Below are positions 44,001 to 59,219 of a stretch of 64,000 nt of DNA, in pieces (position 1 is the first letter of the stretch; the number at the start of each line of letters is the position of its first letter). The notes beneath the pieces were generated by a model. It saw nothing but the letters and a program-made list of their open reading frames with translations. It did not search any database and was not told where the DNA came from. Origin of the DNA: Eledone cirrhosa (lineage: Eukaryota); contig OZ024750.1 of NCBI GenBank assembly GCA_964016885.1, positions 28,830,001-28,894,000 of the forward strand, read 5' to 3'. Position numbers and translations under genes: made by a program.

Positions 44001-46785
44001 CAACAAGACTAACAGAGAGATACACAACAATAAGACTAACAGAGTGATAGACAACAATAAGACTAACGGAAGATAGACAACAATAAGACTAACAGGAAGA
44101 TAGACAACAACAAGACTAACGGAAGATAGACAACAATAAGACTAACAGAGAGATAGACAACAATAAGACTAACGGAAGATAGACAACAATAAGACTAACA
44201 GAGAGATACACAACAATAAGACTAACAGAGAGATAGACAACAACAAGACTAACAGAGAGATAGACAACAATAAGACTAACGGAAGATAGACAACAATAAG
44301 ACTAACAGAGAGATAGACAACAATAAGACTAACGGAAGATAGACAACAATAAGACTAACGGAGAGATAGACAACAATAAGACTAACAGGAAGATAGACAA
44401 CAACAAGACTAACAGAGAGATAGACAACAATAAGACTAACAGGAAGATAGACAACAACAAGACTAACAGAGAGATAGACAACAACAAGACTAACGGAAGA
44501 TAGACAACAACAAGACTAACAGGAAGATAGACAACAACAAGACTAACAGGAAGATAGACAACAATAAGACTAACAGAGAGATAGACAACAACAAGACTAA
44601 CAGAGAGATAGACAACAATAAGACTAACAGGAAGATAGACAACAATAAGACTAACAGGAAGATAGACAACAACAAGACTAACAGGAAGATAGACAACAAC
44701 AAGACTAACGGAAGATAGACAACAACAAGACTAACAGAGAGATACACAACAATAAGACTAACAGAGTGATAGACAACAATAAGACTAACGGAAGATAGAC
44801 AACAATAAGACTAACAGAGAGATAGACAACAATAAGACTAACAGGAAGATAGACAACAACAAGACTAACAGAGAGATAGACAACAATAAGACTAACAGAG
44901 AGATAGACAACAATAAGACTAACAGAGAGATAGACAACAACAAGACTAACAGAGAGATAGACAACAATAAGACTAACAGAGAGATAGACAACAACAAGAC
45001 TAACAGAGAGATACACAACAATAAGACTAACAGAGTGATAGACAACAATAAGACTAACGGAAGATAGACAACAATAAGACTAACAGGAAGATAGACAACA
45101 ACAAGACTAACGGAAGATAGACAACAATAAGACTAACAGAGAGATAGACAACAACAAGACTAACAGAGATAGACAACAATAAGACTAACAGGAAGATAGA
45201 CAACAATAAGACTAACGGAAGATAGACAACAATAAGACTAACAGAGAGATAGACAACAACAAGACTAACAGAGAGATAGACAACAATAAGATTAACAGGA
45301 AGATAGACAACAATAAGACTAACAGAGAGATAGACAACAATAAGACTAACAGGAAGATAGACAACAATAAGACTAACAGGAAGATAGACAACAATAAGAC
45401 TAACAGGAAGATAGACAACAATAAGACTAACAGAGAGATAGACAACAACAAGACTAACAGAGAGATAGACAACAATAAGACTAACAGGAAGATAGACAAC
45501 AATAAGACTAACAGAGAGATAGACAACAATAAGACTAACAGAGAGATAGACAACAATAAGACTAACAGAGAGATAGACAACAATAAGACTAACAGAGAGA
45601 TAGACAACAATAAGACTAACAGGAAGATAGACAACAATAAGACTAACAGAGAGATAGACAACAATAAGACTAACAGAGAGATAGACAACAACAAGACTAA
45701 CAGAGAGATAGACAACAATAAGACTAACAGAGAGATAGACAACAATAAGACTAACAGAGAGATAGACAACAATAAGACTTACAGAGAGATAGACAACAAT
45801 AAGACTAACAGGAAGATAGACAACAATAAGACTAACAGGAAGATAGACAACAATAAGACTAACAGGAAGATAGACAACAATAAGACTAACAGAGAGATAG
45901 ACAACAATAAGACTAACAGAGAGATAGACAACAATAAGACTAACAGAGAGATAGACAACAATAAGACTAACAGAGAGATAGACAACAACAAGACTAACAG
46001 AGAGATAGACAACAATAAGACTAACAGAGAGATAGACAACAATAAGACTAACAGAGAGATAGACAACAATAAGACTTACAGAGAGATAGACAACAATAAG
46101 ACTAACAGAGAGATAGACAACAATAAGACTAACAGGAAGATAGACAACAACAAGACTATCAGAGAGATAGACAACAACAAGACTAACAGAGAGATAGACA
46201 ACAACAAGACTAACAGAGAGATAGACAACAATAAGACTAACAGAGAGATAGACAACAATAAGACTTACAGAGAGATAGACAACAATAAGACTAACAGAGA
46301 GATAGACAACAATAAGACTAACAGAGAGATAGACAACAACAAGACTAACAGAGAGATAGACAACAACAAGACTAACGGAAGATAGACAACAACAAGACTA
46401 ACGGAAGATAGACAACAACAAGACTATCAGAGAGATAGACAACAACAAGACTAACAGAGAGATAGACAACAATAAGACTAACAGAGAGATAGACAACAAT
46501 AAGACTAACAGAGAGATAGACAACAATGAGACTTACAGAGAGATAGACAACAACAAGACTATCAGAGAGATAGACAACAACAAGACTATCAGAGAGATAG
46601 ACAACAACAAGACTAACAGAGAGATAGACAACAACAAGACTAACAGAGAGATAGACAACAATAAGACTAACAGAGAGATAGACAACAACAAGATTAACAA
46701 AGAGATAGACAACAACAAGACTAACAGAAGATAGACAACAACAAGACTAACGGAAGATAGACAACAACAAGACTAACAGGAACAT
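32085..46785. repeat. 26/27-bp satellite array (~14.7 kb, ~550 monomers) with higher-order repeats
   Basis: Monomers gactaacagagagatagacaacaataa, gactaacaggaag... and gactaacggaag.... Identical variant blocks start at 33434, 38076 and 41644. Confidence 0.98.
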
Positions 46786-46894
46786 ACACGGCAATAACGA
46801 TAGTGTCTTTAACAGAGATGACACTGAAAACATCAACATGAAGGAATAGGAAAAACAAGACAAGCAACAGAAACAATAATATAGATATATTATT

Positions 46895-47095
46895 AAAGTC
46901 GAACCCCGTGCTTAGTGGTATAGAGTTACGGCCCTTTACATTCTGAGTTCAAACCCCGCCGAGGTTAACTTTGCCTTTCATCCTTACGGGGATCGATAAA
47001 ATAAAGTACCAGTCACATGCTGGGGTCGATTTGATAGACTTTCCCTTTCTCCAAATAGTGTTGGCCTTGTGTCTACATAAGAAACTATTATTATA
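46895..47095 (+). mobile_element. Family A SINE
   Basis: gagttcaaaccccgccgaggttaactttgcctttcatccttacgggg body and tail. Confidence 0.85.
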
Positions 47096-47129
47096 TTTGA
47101 AGCGCCATATGGCTGTATAACCTCATATA

Positions 47130-48745
47130 GAACACTGTAGAGAGAGTAGGTTATAAATCTGGCGAGGAGTGAACAGAGCTCTGAGGCCCCAACTAGATCT
47201 ATCCACACCCTACATCTCATACAGTAAACCGTGTCGAATCTAGGTAATGAATATGACGATGACACGATGTCCCATACGGTCTCTGCCAGATGTACCCACA
47301 ACCTTTACCTCATACAGTAAATTGTATCCAATGGTGGTTATAAATTTGACGGGGCTGGAGGAGACCCATAATTTCTCCACCAGATTTATCCACAATCTCT
47401 AAAATCTTTCCACAACCGTAGAGAGTGTAGATTATAAATGTAACGGAGTGTGTGAAGACCCATAAGTTCCCCGCAAGATCTATCTACAAACTACCTTAGA
47501 TCTATTCACAACAGTAGAGTGTATATGCTATATATGAGGGGGTGTGCGGAGACCCCTATGTGCTCCGCAAGATCTATCTACAACATATACTTCATACGAC
47601 TCACCGTAAAGAGTGTAGGTTATCAATTTGACGGGGTGTGCGGAGACCCCTATGTTCCCCGCAAGATCTATCTACAACATCTACCTCATACGACTCACCG
47701 TAAAAAGTGTAGGTTATCAATTTGACGGGGTGTGCGGAGACCCCTATGTTCCCCGCAAGATCTATCTACAACATCTACCTCACACGACTCACCGTAAAAA
47801 GTGTAGGTTATCAATTTGACGGGGTGTGCGGAGACCCCTATGTTCCCCGCAAGATCTATCTACAACATCTACCTCATACGACTCACCGTAAAGAGTGTAG
47901 GTTATCAATTTGACGGGGTGTGCGGAGACCCCTATGTTCCCCGCAAAATCTATCTACAACATCTACCTCACACGACTCACCGAAAAAAGTGTAGGTTATC
48001 AATTTGACGGGGTATGCGGAGACCCATATGTTCCTCGCAAAATCTGTCTACAACATCTACCTCACACGACTCACCGTAAAAAGTGTAGGTTATCAATTTG
48101 ACGGGGTGTGCGGAGACCCCTATGTTCCCCGCAAGATCTATCTACAACATCTACCTCATACGACTCACCGTAAAGAGTGTAGGTTATCAATTTGACGGGG
48201 TGTGCGGAGACCCCTATGTTCCCCGCAAAATCTATCTACAACATCTACCTCATACGACTCACCGTAAAAAGTGTAGGTTATCAATTTGACGGGGTGTGCG
48301 GAGACCCCTATGTTCCCCGCAAAATCTATCTACAACATCTACCTCACACGACTCACCGTAAAAAGTGTAGGTTATCAATTTGACGGGGTATGCGGAGACC
48401 CATATGTTCCCCGCAAAATCTGTCTACAACATCTACCTCACACGACTCACCGTAAAAAGTGTAGGTTATCAATTTGACGGAGTGTGCGGAGACCCCTATG
48501 TTCCCCGCAAAATCTATCTACAACATCTACCTCATACGACTCACCGTAAAAAGTGTAGGTTATCAATTTGACGGGGTGTGCGGAGACCCCTATGTTCCCC
48601 GCAAAATCTATCTACAACATCTACCTCACACGACTCACCGTAAAAAGTGTAGGTTATCAATTTGACGGGGTATGCGGAGACCCATATATTCCCCGCAAAA
48701 TCTGTCTACAACCTCCATCGTAGAAAGTGTAGGTTATAAATCTGG
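47130..48745. repeat. 94-bp tandem satellite (~12-13 homogeneous copies plus diverged copies on the left)
   Basis: ttgacggggtgtgcggagacccc... at 47628, 47722, 47816 and onward. Degenerate copies lie at 47130-47530. Confidence 0.95.
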
Positions 48746-49285
48746 TTTTAGTGATGCTCCGCTTCCCCTGGGTCAATCTAAATCTTCCGATAAGGACCAA
48801 CATCAGTATTGTGTCGATGTAACTATCCTTAGTAAAGCATGTTTTGGGACCTATTTTCAGAGGCACCTACTCGCTGGTCAGAATAGATAGCTACTATATT
48901 ACACCCATTTCGAGTCCCAGACATGCTTCGTCAAGAGTATCCATTCACTCAGCTCATGTATGATTTGCCTTTTGTGTCATTGCTGTAAAAGTTAAAAACA
49001 TGGGTTTTTTTTAGGACGAAACCACGTCATTAGTTGTCATCGTGGTGTTAAGATGTTGGATTCCCACTCCATTGCTTTCGATGTTTAATTAATTTTAAGC
49101 AATTAAACTTTTGTATTTGTCTTCCTTTATTTTTTTACCACAATTACTCATTTACATAAAGTTGGTTTTCATGTAAATTTTATTATTTACAATATCTAGG
49201 GATACTCCCACATCAAATATGCTCCCACCCACTTTACTGATAAACTTCCATATAGTAGGCGTCTTTTACCTGAGTAATTCTTATG

Positions 49286-49341
<56 letters not shown>

Positions 49342-50240
49342 AATGCATGTGTGTGTGTATATTTTTTTTAGAGAGAGAGAGAGACGAATATGGCGGGAAA
49401 GTAAGGTCTGTTTATGTATTATTATTTCTACTCGTATCTAAGCTAAATATAGTACGATATAAAGACGTCTATCACGTGATCATTAGCTTGAAATCTCGCC
49501 ATACATGACCCCTAAAATGTCATTCTCGAAGAGAGCGTCTGTCTTGCGGCAATTTTGATAGGACTTGTATAGATTTGCATAAACCCTGCGCGCACCTGAC
49601 GCGTGTTGCTTAAATCTAGAAGTCTAACCTTTGTTTAATTATCTAACTGGCCTTGTCGTTATTTCTTCGTAAAGGATTGATGTATTTCCCCAGAGGGCCC
49701 TCTTTTGCTTTACTTTCTCCCTTGACTTTTTTTTATGTTTTTTTTTGTTTTTTTGCCGATGCAGATTAAAAGCAGATGTCCTGCACACGCTAAAGATATA
49801 CACGCTTTCTAAGTATTTCAATAAAGATTATCTCAAAAAGATTATAAAGATATCTTTTGTTCAAGATTAAATTTGTACTTTCTTTGTGTGCATAAAATCT
49901 CTGAGCAGACGTTTTCAAAGACATGTTTTGAAGTGGTGCTAATTTTATAAAGATTAACAAGTATATCAAATACAATCAATACCGAGTCCTCGTGAACACT
50001 AAACAAGTCCGAGATCTATAAAAGAATAGAAATGCAAACGTTGTCAGCTGTGTGCTTTTCTATATATAAATTTCTGCGATTCTGTCACAACTCGTAAAGA
50101 GAGAGGAGTAGTTTGACTACCTTATACTACTCCTCTTTCTTTGCGTCTGCTGCCTGCTTGAATGCATGCGTGTGTAAAACCAAGGAAGGGATGGTGAAAA
50201 AACTACGCTGTGTATGAGTGTATGTGTATGTTTTTGTGAA

Positions 50241-50272
<32 letters not shown>

Positions 50273-50581
50273 TGTTTGTGTGAATGTATGTCTGTGAGTG
50301 AAATTTGTCCTAACTTGGCACTAATGTTGAGTGATCTGCTACAGTCGGCTGAGAGGTTTGTAGTCTGACCATGATGCTAGAGCTGTGAAATCTTGCATGC
50401 ATTAATTTAAACTCTTCTTATTACTAACTGCATTGTTTCTTTCTAGGGACTGCGTTGAAAAATAAACCTCATTTGGTCATTCCATGAGAGTATCTTGGTC
50501 AGTCTATGAACTTTTGAGCCGACCCTTGTAGTCTATATTATTTATTTTCGCATATTTTAAAGACAGTATTGTATGATTTAC

Positions 50582-50668
50582 AGTGGCGAATTGGCAGAGT
50601 CGTTAGAACGTCGGTTAGTATGCTTTGTGGTAGTCGTCTGGCTCTTTGAGTTCAAATCCCGCCGGGGC
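50582..50668 (+). mobile_element. Family A SINE head (3' truncated)
   Basis: ttggcagagtcgttagaacgtcgg...gagttcaaatcccgccg. Confidence 0.7.
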
Positions 50669-51132
50669 TACTGGGGTCTACTCTTTCTCACATTCTCTCC
50701 TTCTCTGTAATGAATCTTCTCTACTCAGGCCTGGAGAGGGATGCGCTCCGCCAGGCTTAAAATGCCCAAGAAACGTTATATATCACAATGGCGGTTCTAC
50801 GACTCCATCAGAAGATATGGGACCATATATGCCATTGTTTTGATTTGAGGAACATTTCGTTGTTATTTCTAACAGGTTCAATGACAATATAGTGACTCAA
50901 CAACAGATGTTGGCTATTTATAGTTTGATAGAGCAGATAATTAAGAATTAAGTAACAAAATAGTTATCAACACTTGGCTGGTCAGCTACATCACACTATT
51001 TTTAATATTATCACATTACAAACTTCAGTAAATCTTATACCAAGTGACCTACCTTCTTATCAACTTAAGTTATTTTTATAGATAAAACAAGAGTTCTAAT
51101 AGACGTGTAGAAACATTATTATTATTATTATT

Positions 51133-51507
51133 TAGAGAGTCGGACGCCATGCTTTCCAGCATAGTTACGTCCCTTTACGATCTGAGTTCAAATCCCGCCG
51201 AGGTTGACTTTGCCTTTCATCCTTGCGGGGTCGATAAAATAAAGTACCAGTAATGCACTGGGTAATTGCTGGCTTTGTGCCAAAAGTAGAAAGAATTATT
51301 TATATTAGAATTGGTAGAGCGTCAGACAATATGCTTTGCAGCATAGAGTTGTGGTCCTTTACGTTCTGAGTTCAAATCCCGCCGAGGTTAACTTTGTCTT
51401 TCATCCTTACGGAGTCGATAAACTAGAGTACCAGTAATACACTGGGTCGCTTTAATCGACTTCACCCTCACCTAAAATTGTTGGCCTTGTGCCTAGATCA
51501 GAAGCCA

Positions 51508-51510
<3 letters not shown>
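51133..51510 (+). mobile_element. Two head-to-tail family A SINEs
   Basis: B boxes at ~51184 and ~51368, with conserved bodies. Confidence 0.87.
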
Positions 51511-51572
<62 letters not shown>

Positions 51573-51576
<4 letters not shown>

Positions 51577-51771
51577 AAAAAGTATGACCCCGACGGCAGA
51601 GCTCAAGCCGTTTCGACGGCTAATTCTGGACTCAGTCCAGAAATAGCCATCGAAACGGCTTGAGCTCTGCCGTCGGGGTCATACTTTTTCCTATTACCCA
51701 CTCTACTACCCTAAGTATCGGGTACTCTGGTGCGTTATGGTCCATCTGGTTCCTTACCACAATTCCTTTGT

Positions 51772-51772
<1 letters not shown>
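51573..51772. mobile_element. Family D element with a near-perfect hairpin (59-bp arms, 3-nt loop)
   Basis: 51573-51631 versus 51635-51693, 2 mismatches. An unpaired tail runs to 51772. (TA)n on both sides. Confidence 0.88.
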
Positions 51773-51802
<30 letters not shown>

Positions 51803-51873
51803 GAAGTATTTCCGGAGGAAAGATAAAGGAAAAGAGAGTGCTTATTACATAACTATATATATATATATATATC

Positions 51874-51942
51874 CAGTGGGTGTAACTAGTAGATCGAACC
51901 TTGAGCTGATCGGTGGCGAAACGCGCGTCACCTATCAATAAA
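51874..51942 (+). ncRNA. 3' half of a hammerhead-like motif plus AATAAA
   Basis: cgaaacgcgcgtc (palindromic stem III, GUC) at 51917-29 and aataaa at 51937. No CUGANGA is found upstream; that part appears lost at the TA tract. Confidence 0.45.
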
Positions 51943-51978
51943 TGCAATGAAGGAATAATCAATCGTCCTTTTTATCCT

Positions 51979-52019
<41 letters not shown>

Positions 52020-52105
52020 TGTAAAAGGTAAACAGAAATAACAACCCAATCGGTACAGGAAGGGATATATTAGGTTAAAGCTTGATATAGCAGGAAGAGG
52101 GATTT

Positions 52106-52136
<31 letters not shown>

Positions 52137-52176
52137 AAACGAAAAATCAGTGATACAACTGAAGTCAATTTATTGT

Positions 52177-52264
52177 GTGTTACAATTGTTTCGCCGGCGG
52201 ACAGCTCGAGACACGATCGTTGAGTGGATCTGTCTGATTCTGGAGCCGCAGGTTCGACGGACAC
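52177..52264 (-). ncRNA. Degenerate hammerhead with a long stem II
   Basis: Reverse complement GUGU-CCGUCGA-ACCUGCGG...CCGCCGGC-GAAA-CAAUUG-UA-ACAC, then AAUAAA. The core deviates at U4 and A6. Confidence 0.5.
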
Positions 52265-52291
52265 GTCTAATGATTTCGGAGCATATTCTTC

Positions 52292-52374
<83 letters not shown>

Positions 52375-52515
52375 TATATAGATATATATATATATATGAG
52401 AGTATTTGTGTTTGTGTTTACGTATGTGTGTGTGTATATATATATATATGTGTGTGTGAGTATGTATGTGTGTGTATGTATATGTATATGTGTGTATATA
52501 TATGTGTGTGAGTGT

Positions 52516-52550
<35 letters not shown>

Positions 52551-52935
52551 AATGTATATGTATATGTGTATGTGTATATAGATGTGTGTGAGTATGTGAG
52601 TGTGTATACAAACCAGAATATGTAGTCACATATTATGGAAAGATTCTAATTACGACTGTTTAAATATTGTTGGGGTGGAGGTGTAAATAATTTCTCCGTG
52701 GAAATCTCTGCAGCCAACCAAGCAATGATGTATATTAGAACGTGACTCAACATAGTTAAATCAATAGCTATGAAGCTATTACATATCATTTAACCGTTTG
52801 TCACCTGATCTCGATAACAGGTGTGCTTGCCAAAAGTCTGTCTTGTATTTATTTATGTAGTTATTTGTTTATTTTAGTAAATATCTCTGGATGTACTGTC
52901 AAAGGTCCAGAAATAGCAGAACTGTGATGTGATTT

Positions 52936-53024
<89 letters not shown>

Positions 53025-53059
53025 GAGTTTATGTACTTGTCTATACCATACTAATTCAA

Positions 53060-53114
53060 ACTGCCTGAAGAGGTCACAGCCAAAGATGGCTGTCACTGAA
53101 ATATATATAGCAGT
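53060..53114 (+). ncRNA. Type I hammerhead ribozyme followed directly by AATAAA
   Basis: actgc, ctgaaga 53065-71, stem II acagcca-aaga-tggctgt, gaaa 53098-101, tatata, ta, gcagt. aataaa at 53115-20. Confidence 0.87.
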
Positions 53115-53158
53115 AATAAACGAAGCTAAATTTTAATCATTTGACTTTTATTTAACTT

Positions 53159-53231
<73 letters not shown>

Positions 53232-53305
53232 GATGTGCTGGCACTCCTTGCTTACAAGGGCCCGTAATCACACACACACACACAGAAATGCCTAGAACTC
53301 CTTAG

Positions 53306-53357
53306 GACATTCCTGATGATTTCATACGAATGAAACAGTTCTAGTCCTGTAAAGGTC
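53306..53357 (+). ncRNA. Hammerhead candidate with an imperfect stem I
   Basis: ctgatga 53313-19, t-ttc atac gaa-t, gaaa, cag...ctg, ta, aaggtc. aataaa at ~53369. Confidence 0.55.
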
Positions 53358-53392
53358 ACATCTATATAAAATAAAGTTTTATTTATATATAT

Positions 53393-53529
53393 CAGATTGT
53401 AGGTGGCAAAAACCATTTATACCATTAGTCACAAGAGCACTCGATACATGGAGTAGTAGAGTGGGTAATATGGAAAATTTCAGGACCCCTACGGCTGAGG
53501 TCCGGCCGTTTCGGATCTTGCTGTCTTTC

Positions 53530-53531
<2 letters not shown>
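53393..53531 (-). mobile_element. Diverged family D element
   Basis: Reverse complement ccgaaacggcc...ggggtcc...attacccactctactac matches 51650-51715. Confidence 0.7.
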
Positions 53532-53576
<45 letters not shown>

Positions 53577-53580
<4 letters not shown>

Positions 53581-53902
53581 TAAAGTGGTCCTTCATCAGT
53601 GATCTTCCAACCATCATTGGTATTTCATCGCTTTAAAGACCATATACCTCCGGTTGGTGCGAGCAACGGCTAAAAAAGTCGTTGGGACACGTAAATAAAG
53701 GGGACACGACTGTAAACAAACAAAAATGGTGAAGCAACGAAAAATGAGGAAGAAGGAGTCAAGTCCCAAATTTCTATGAATTTAAATTAGGTGAAATCGT
53801 GAACGAGAGAGAATAAAGACCATCAAACCTGGTTGGAATGTGAGCAAGGAAGGAATTCCATACAGGTCTAACGGGAGGAAGAAGGGATCTAGTCTGTGAA
53901 TT
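53577..53902. mobile_element. (TA)n-flanked repeat, family B
   Basis: Reverse complement of 24857-25185. Confidence 0.88.
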
Positions 53903-54023
53903 ATATATATTATATATATATATATATATTATATATATTATATATATTATAGATATTATATATATATATATATTATATATATATATATATATTATATATA
54001 TTATATATATATATATATTATAT

Positions 54024-54345
54024 ATACGATATTAACAAATGGAAACTATATTTATAAAACCATATTTATTTCATTATACATATTTCAAGGACACCAAGTT
54101 AAATTATGGTGTGCTTTGATCAGATAAAATATAATATAGATCAGTTTTATAAATAAATATTGACATACCCTTAAAAAATACAACCATTACTGTTGGAAGT
54201 GTATGTCAATATTTATTTATAAAACTGATCTATATTATATTTTATCTGATGAAAGCACACCATAATTTAACTTGGTGTCCTTGAAATATGTATAATGAAA
54301 TAAATATGGTTTTATAAATATAGTTTCCATTTGTTAATATCGTAT
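54024..54345. repeat. Fold-back inverted repeat with ~145-bp arms and a 32-nt spacer; each arm has a hammerhead copy
   Basis: 54024-54168 versus 54201-54345 are nearly perfect reverse complements. Confidence 0.92.
54238..54302 (+). ncRNA. Type I hammerhead ribozyme
   Basis: tattttat, ctgatga 54246-52, aag-c-acacca...tggtgt-c-ctt, gaaa 54283-86, tatgta, ta, atgaaata. Confidence 0.82.
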
Positions 54346-54429
54346 TTTTACTCCAAATATTTGTTGAGTGCTTTATATCAGTTATAAAAATATTTGGTTG
54401 TTGTATCCCAACATTTAAATAGAACTTTT

Positions 54430-54431
54430 AC

Positions 54432-54468
<37 letters not shown>

Positions 54469-54473
54469 ATATC

Positions 54474-54504
<31 letters not shown>

Positions 54505-54509
54505 ATATC

Positions 54510-54542
<33 letters not shown>

Positions 54543-54549
54543 ATATATC

Positions 54550-54582
<33 letters not shown>

Positions 54583-55033
54583 ATATTATATATATATATA
54601 TATTATATATATATATATTATATATATAAATATATATTATATATATATTATATATATATATATATATTATATATTATATATATATATATATTATATATAT
54701 AAATATATATAATATATATATATTATATATATAAATATATATTATATATATATATTATATATATAAATATATATTATATATATATATTATATATATATAC
54801 ATTATATATATATATATATTATATATTATATATATATATTATATATATAAATATATATTATATATATATATTATATATATAAATATATATTATATATATA
54901 TTATATATATATTATATATATATATTTTATATATATATATATATATGATATATATATATATATATTATATATATATTATATATATATTATATATATATTA
55001 TATACATATATATTATATATATTATATATATAT

Positions 55034-55064
<31 letters not shown>

Positions 55065-55212
55065 ATATATATATATATTATATATATATATATATTATAT
55101 ATATTATATATATATTATATATATATATATATTATATATATTATATATATATTATATATATATATATATTATATATATATTATATATATATTATATATAT
55201 ATATATATTATA

Positions 55213-55264
<52 letters not shown>

Positions 55265-55319
55265 ATATATATATATATATTATATATATATATATTATAT
55301 ATATATATTATATATATAT

Positions 55320-55350
<31 letters not shown>

Positions 55351-55461
55351 ATATATATATATATTATATATATATATATATTATATATATTATATATATA
55401 TTATATATATATATATATTATATATATATTATATATATATTATATATATATATATATTATA

Positions 55462-55515
<54 letters not shown>

Positions 55516-55708
55516 ATATATATATATATATTATATATATATATATTATATATATATATTATATATATATTATATATATATATATATATTATATATATTA
55601 TATATATATATATTATATATATATATATTATATATATTATATATATATTATATATATATATATATTATATATATATTATATATATATTATATATATATAT
55701 ATATTATA

Positions 55709-55768
<60 letters not shown>

Positions 55769-56010
55769 ATATATATATATATATTATATATATATAATAT
55801 ATATATATTATATATATATTATATATATATATATTATATATATATATATTATATATATTATATATATATTATATATATATATATTATATATATATATATT
55901 ATATATATATTATATATATATATATTATATATATATATATTATATATATTATATATATATTATATATATATATATTATATATATATATATTATATATATT
56001 ATATATATAT

Positions 56011-56064
<54 letters not shown>

Positions 56065-56150
56065 ATATATATATTATATATATATTATATATATTATATA
56101 TATATTATATATATATTATATATATATATATTATATATATAATATATATA
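54430..56150. repeat. ~1.7-kb interrupted (TA)n tract
   Basis: Almost pure A/T with periodic TT interruptions. Confidence 0.95.
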
Positions 56151-56812
56151 TTTGTAGTGTTTGTACCAGAGTTTTCAAGTCGCTGGCTGGACTAAAATGT
56201 CACACTTGTTCGGTAGGGTTCTCCTACATGGATATAAAGTAGTGGCCGTACTCGAAAACGAGTTGGCAGCCATCATGTATGTATGTATGCATGTATGTAA
56301 ATGAAAGGCTTGTGGTCACCGAACACCGTTGCCTGTTAAATTAATTCTCAAGATGACCCATTATCGTTAAATTATTTGCACGAGTTCAAATAGAATTCAT
56401 TAAGAATTCAGTAAGCTGTCAGTCAAACAGAGGTTAGGCTAGCGATACACGAAACAAGTTTTCCGCTCAGGTATTTAGAGTTTGTCCTCCAACATGTGGT
56501 TTTGCTTTTGATCATTGTTGTCAATATACGAATAATACACGAACGATTTTTTTCTTCTTTTATTCTCCCTTTTAATTTTATATTTTAGTGTAACAGTGAG
56601 TTGTCTTGTTATATAGCTAAAGGAGACACGGCGGCTTAATTAAGATATAATATTTATCAAGCAATAGAGAAATAAAAGCTGTCTAGCGAAGCCTTTTAGT
56701 AGTTTAAAATACTTGGATTAAGCGATTTATTTGTAGCAAAATTGTTAAACTAAACTGGTGCAGACTGACATTATTAATTTAGAACTTAAGACTGAATAAC
56801 TACCATTTGTAA

Positions 56813-56930
56813 AGACGCGTGGCTTGGTGGTTAGAGAAACTGGATTGGAAACGTGAGTTTGCGAGTTAGATTTCCGGACCGAGATACATTATGTCATTGA
56901 ACAAAACACTTTATTTCATGCTGCTCTTTC
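56813..56930 (+). mobile_element. Diverged family E SINE head
   Basis: gcgtggcttggtggttagag...gagttagatttccgg...ttgaacaaaacactttatttc. Confidence 0.6.
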
Positions 56931-57011
56931 TGTCAGGAGATGCGACCAGTAGATAGTATCAGCAATGGAAAGACCAATGAAAACATTGTTTCCTTGGGCC
57001 GATTGGACAAG

Positions 57012-58815
<1,804 letters not shown>

Positions 58816-59139
58816 CCCATTTCATCATCTATAAATATAAATATAAAAATAATCCTAGGATGTATGCATGTTTATTTAACTTCAACCAATAAGGTTATAC
58901 TTGTCTTGTAATAGGATATGCGACACTTTGTAAAAACCTACATTAGATAAAATTTGAAATATTTCAACAATCGAAAAAATTGAAACCGCCTTCATTCTTT
59001 CCACTTGGTTTATTATAGTAGGACATAGATTGCTCAACATTGACAACTGGTTTATCTCTTAAAGATGTAGGTGTGACCTTATCATGCAACACTATTATAT
59101 TCTCAACAGACACTTCATACACACGGCTGTACAGCTACA

Positions 59140-59153
59140 CACATAACCCCCCC

Positions 59154-59219
<66 letters not shown>

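Noticed and set aside
32176-46718. Leu-rich 'membrane protein-like' and IDNNKTNR ORFs
   Set aside because: They come from the 27-bp satellite and are broken by every 26-bp monomer.
47519-48665. Twelve near-identical 63-68-aa ORFs
   Set aside because: They are a frame-cycling artefact of a 94-bp repeat, and most begin at TTG.
54430-56150. Apparent higher-order pattern in the long interrupted (TA)n tracts (also 61251-62020)
   Set aside because: It cannot be separated by eye from sequencing or consensus error in pure AT repeats, and one tract abuts an assembly gap.
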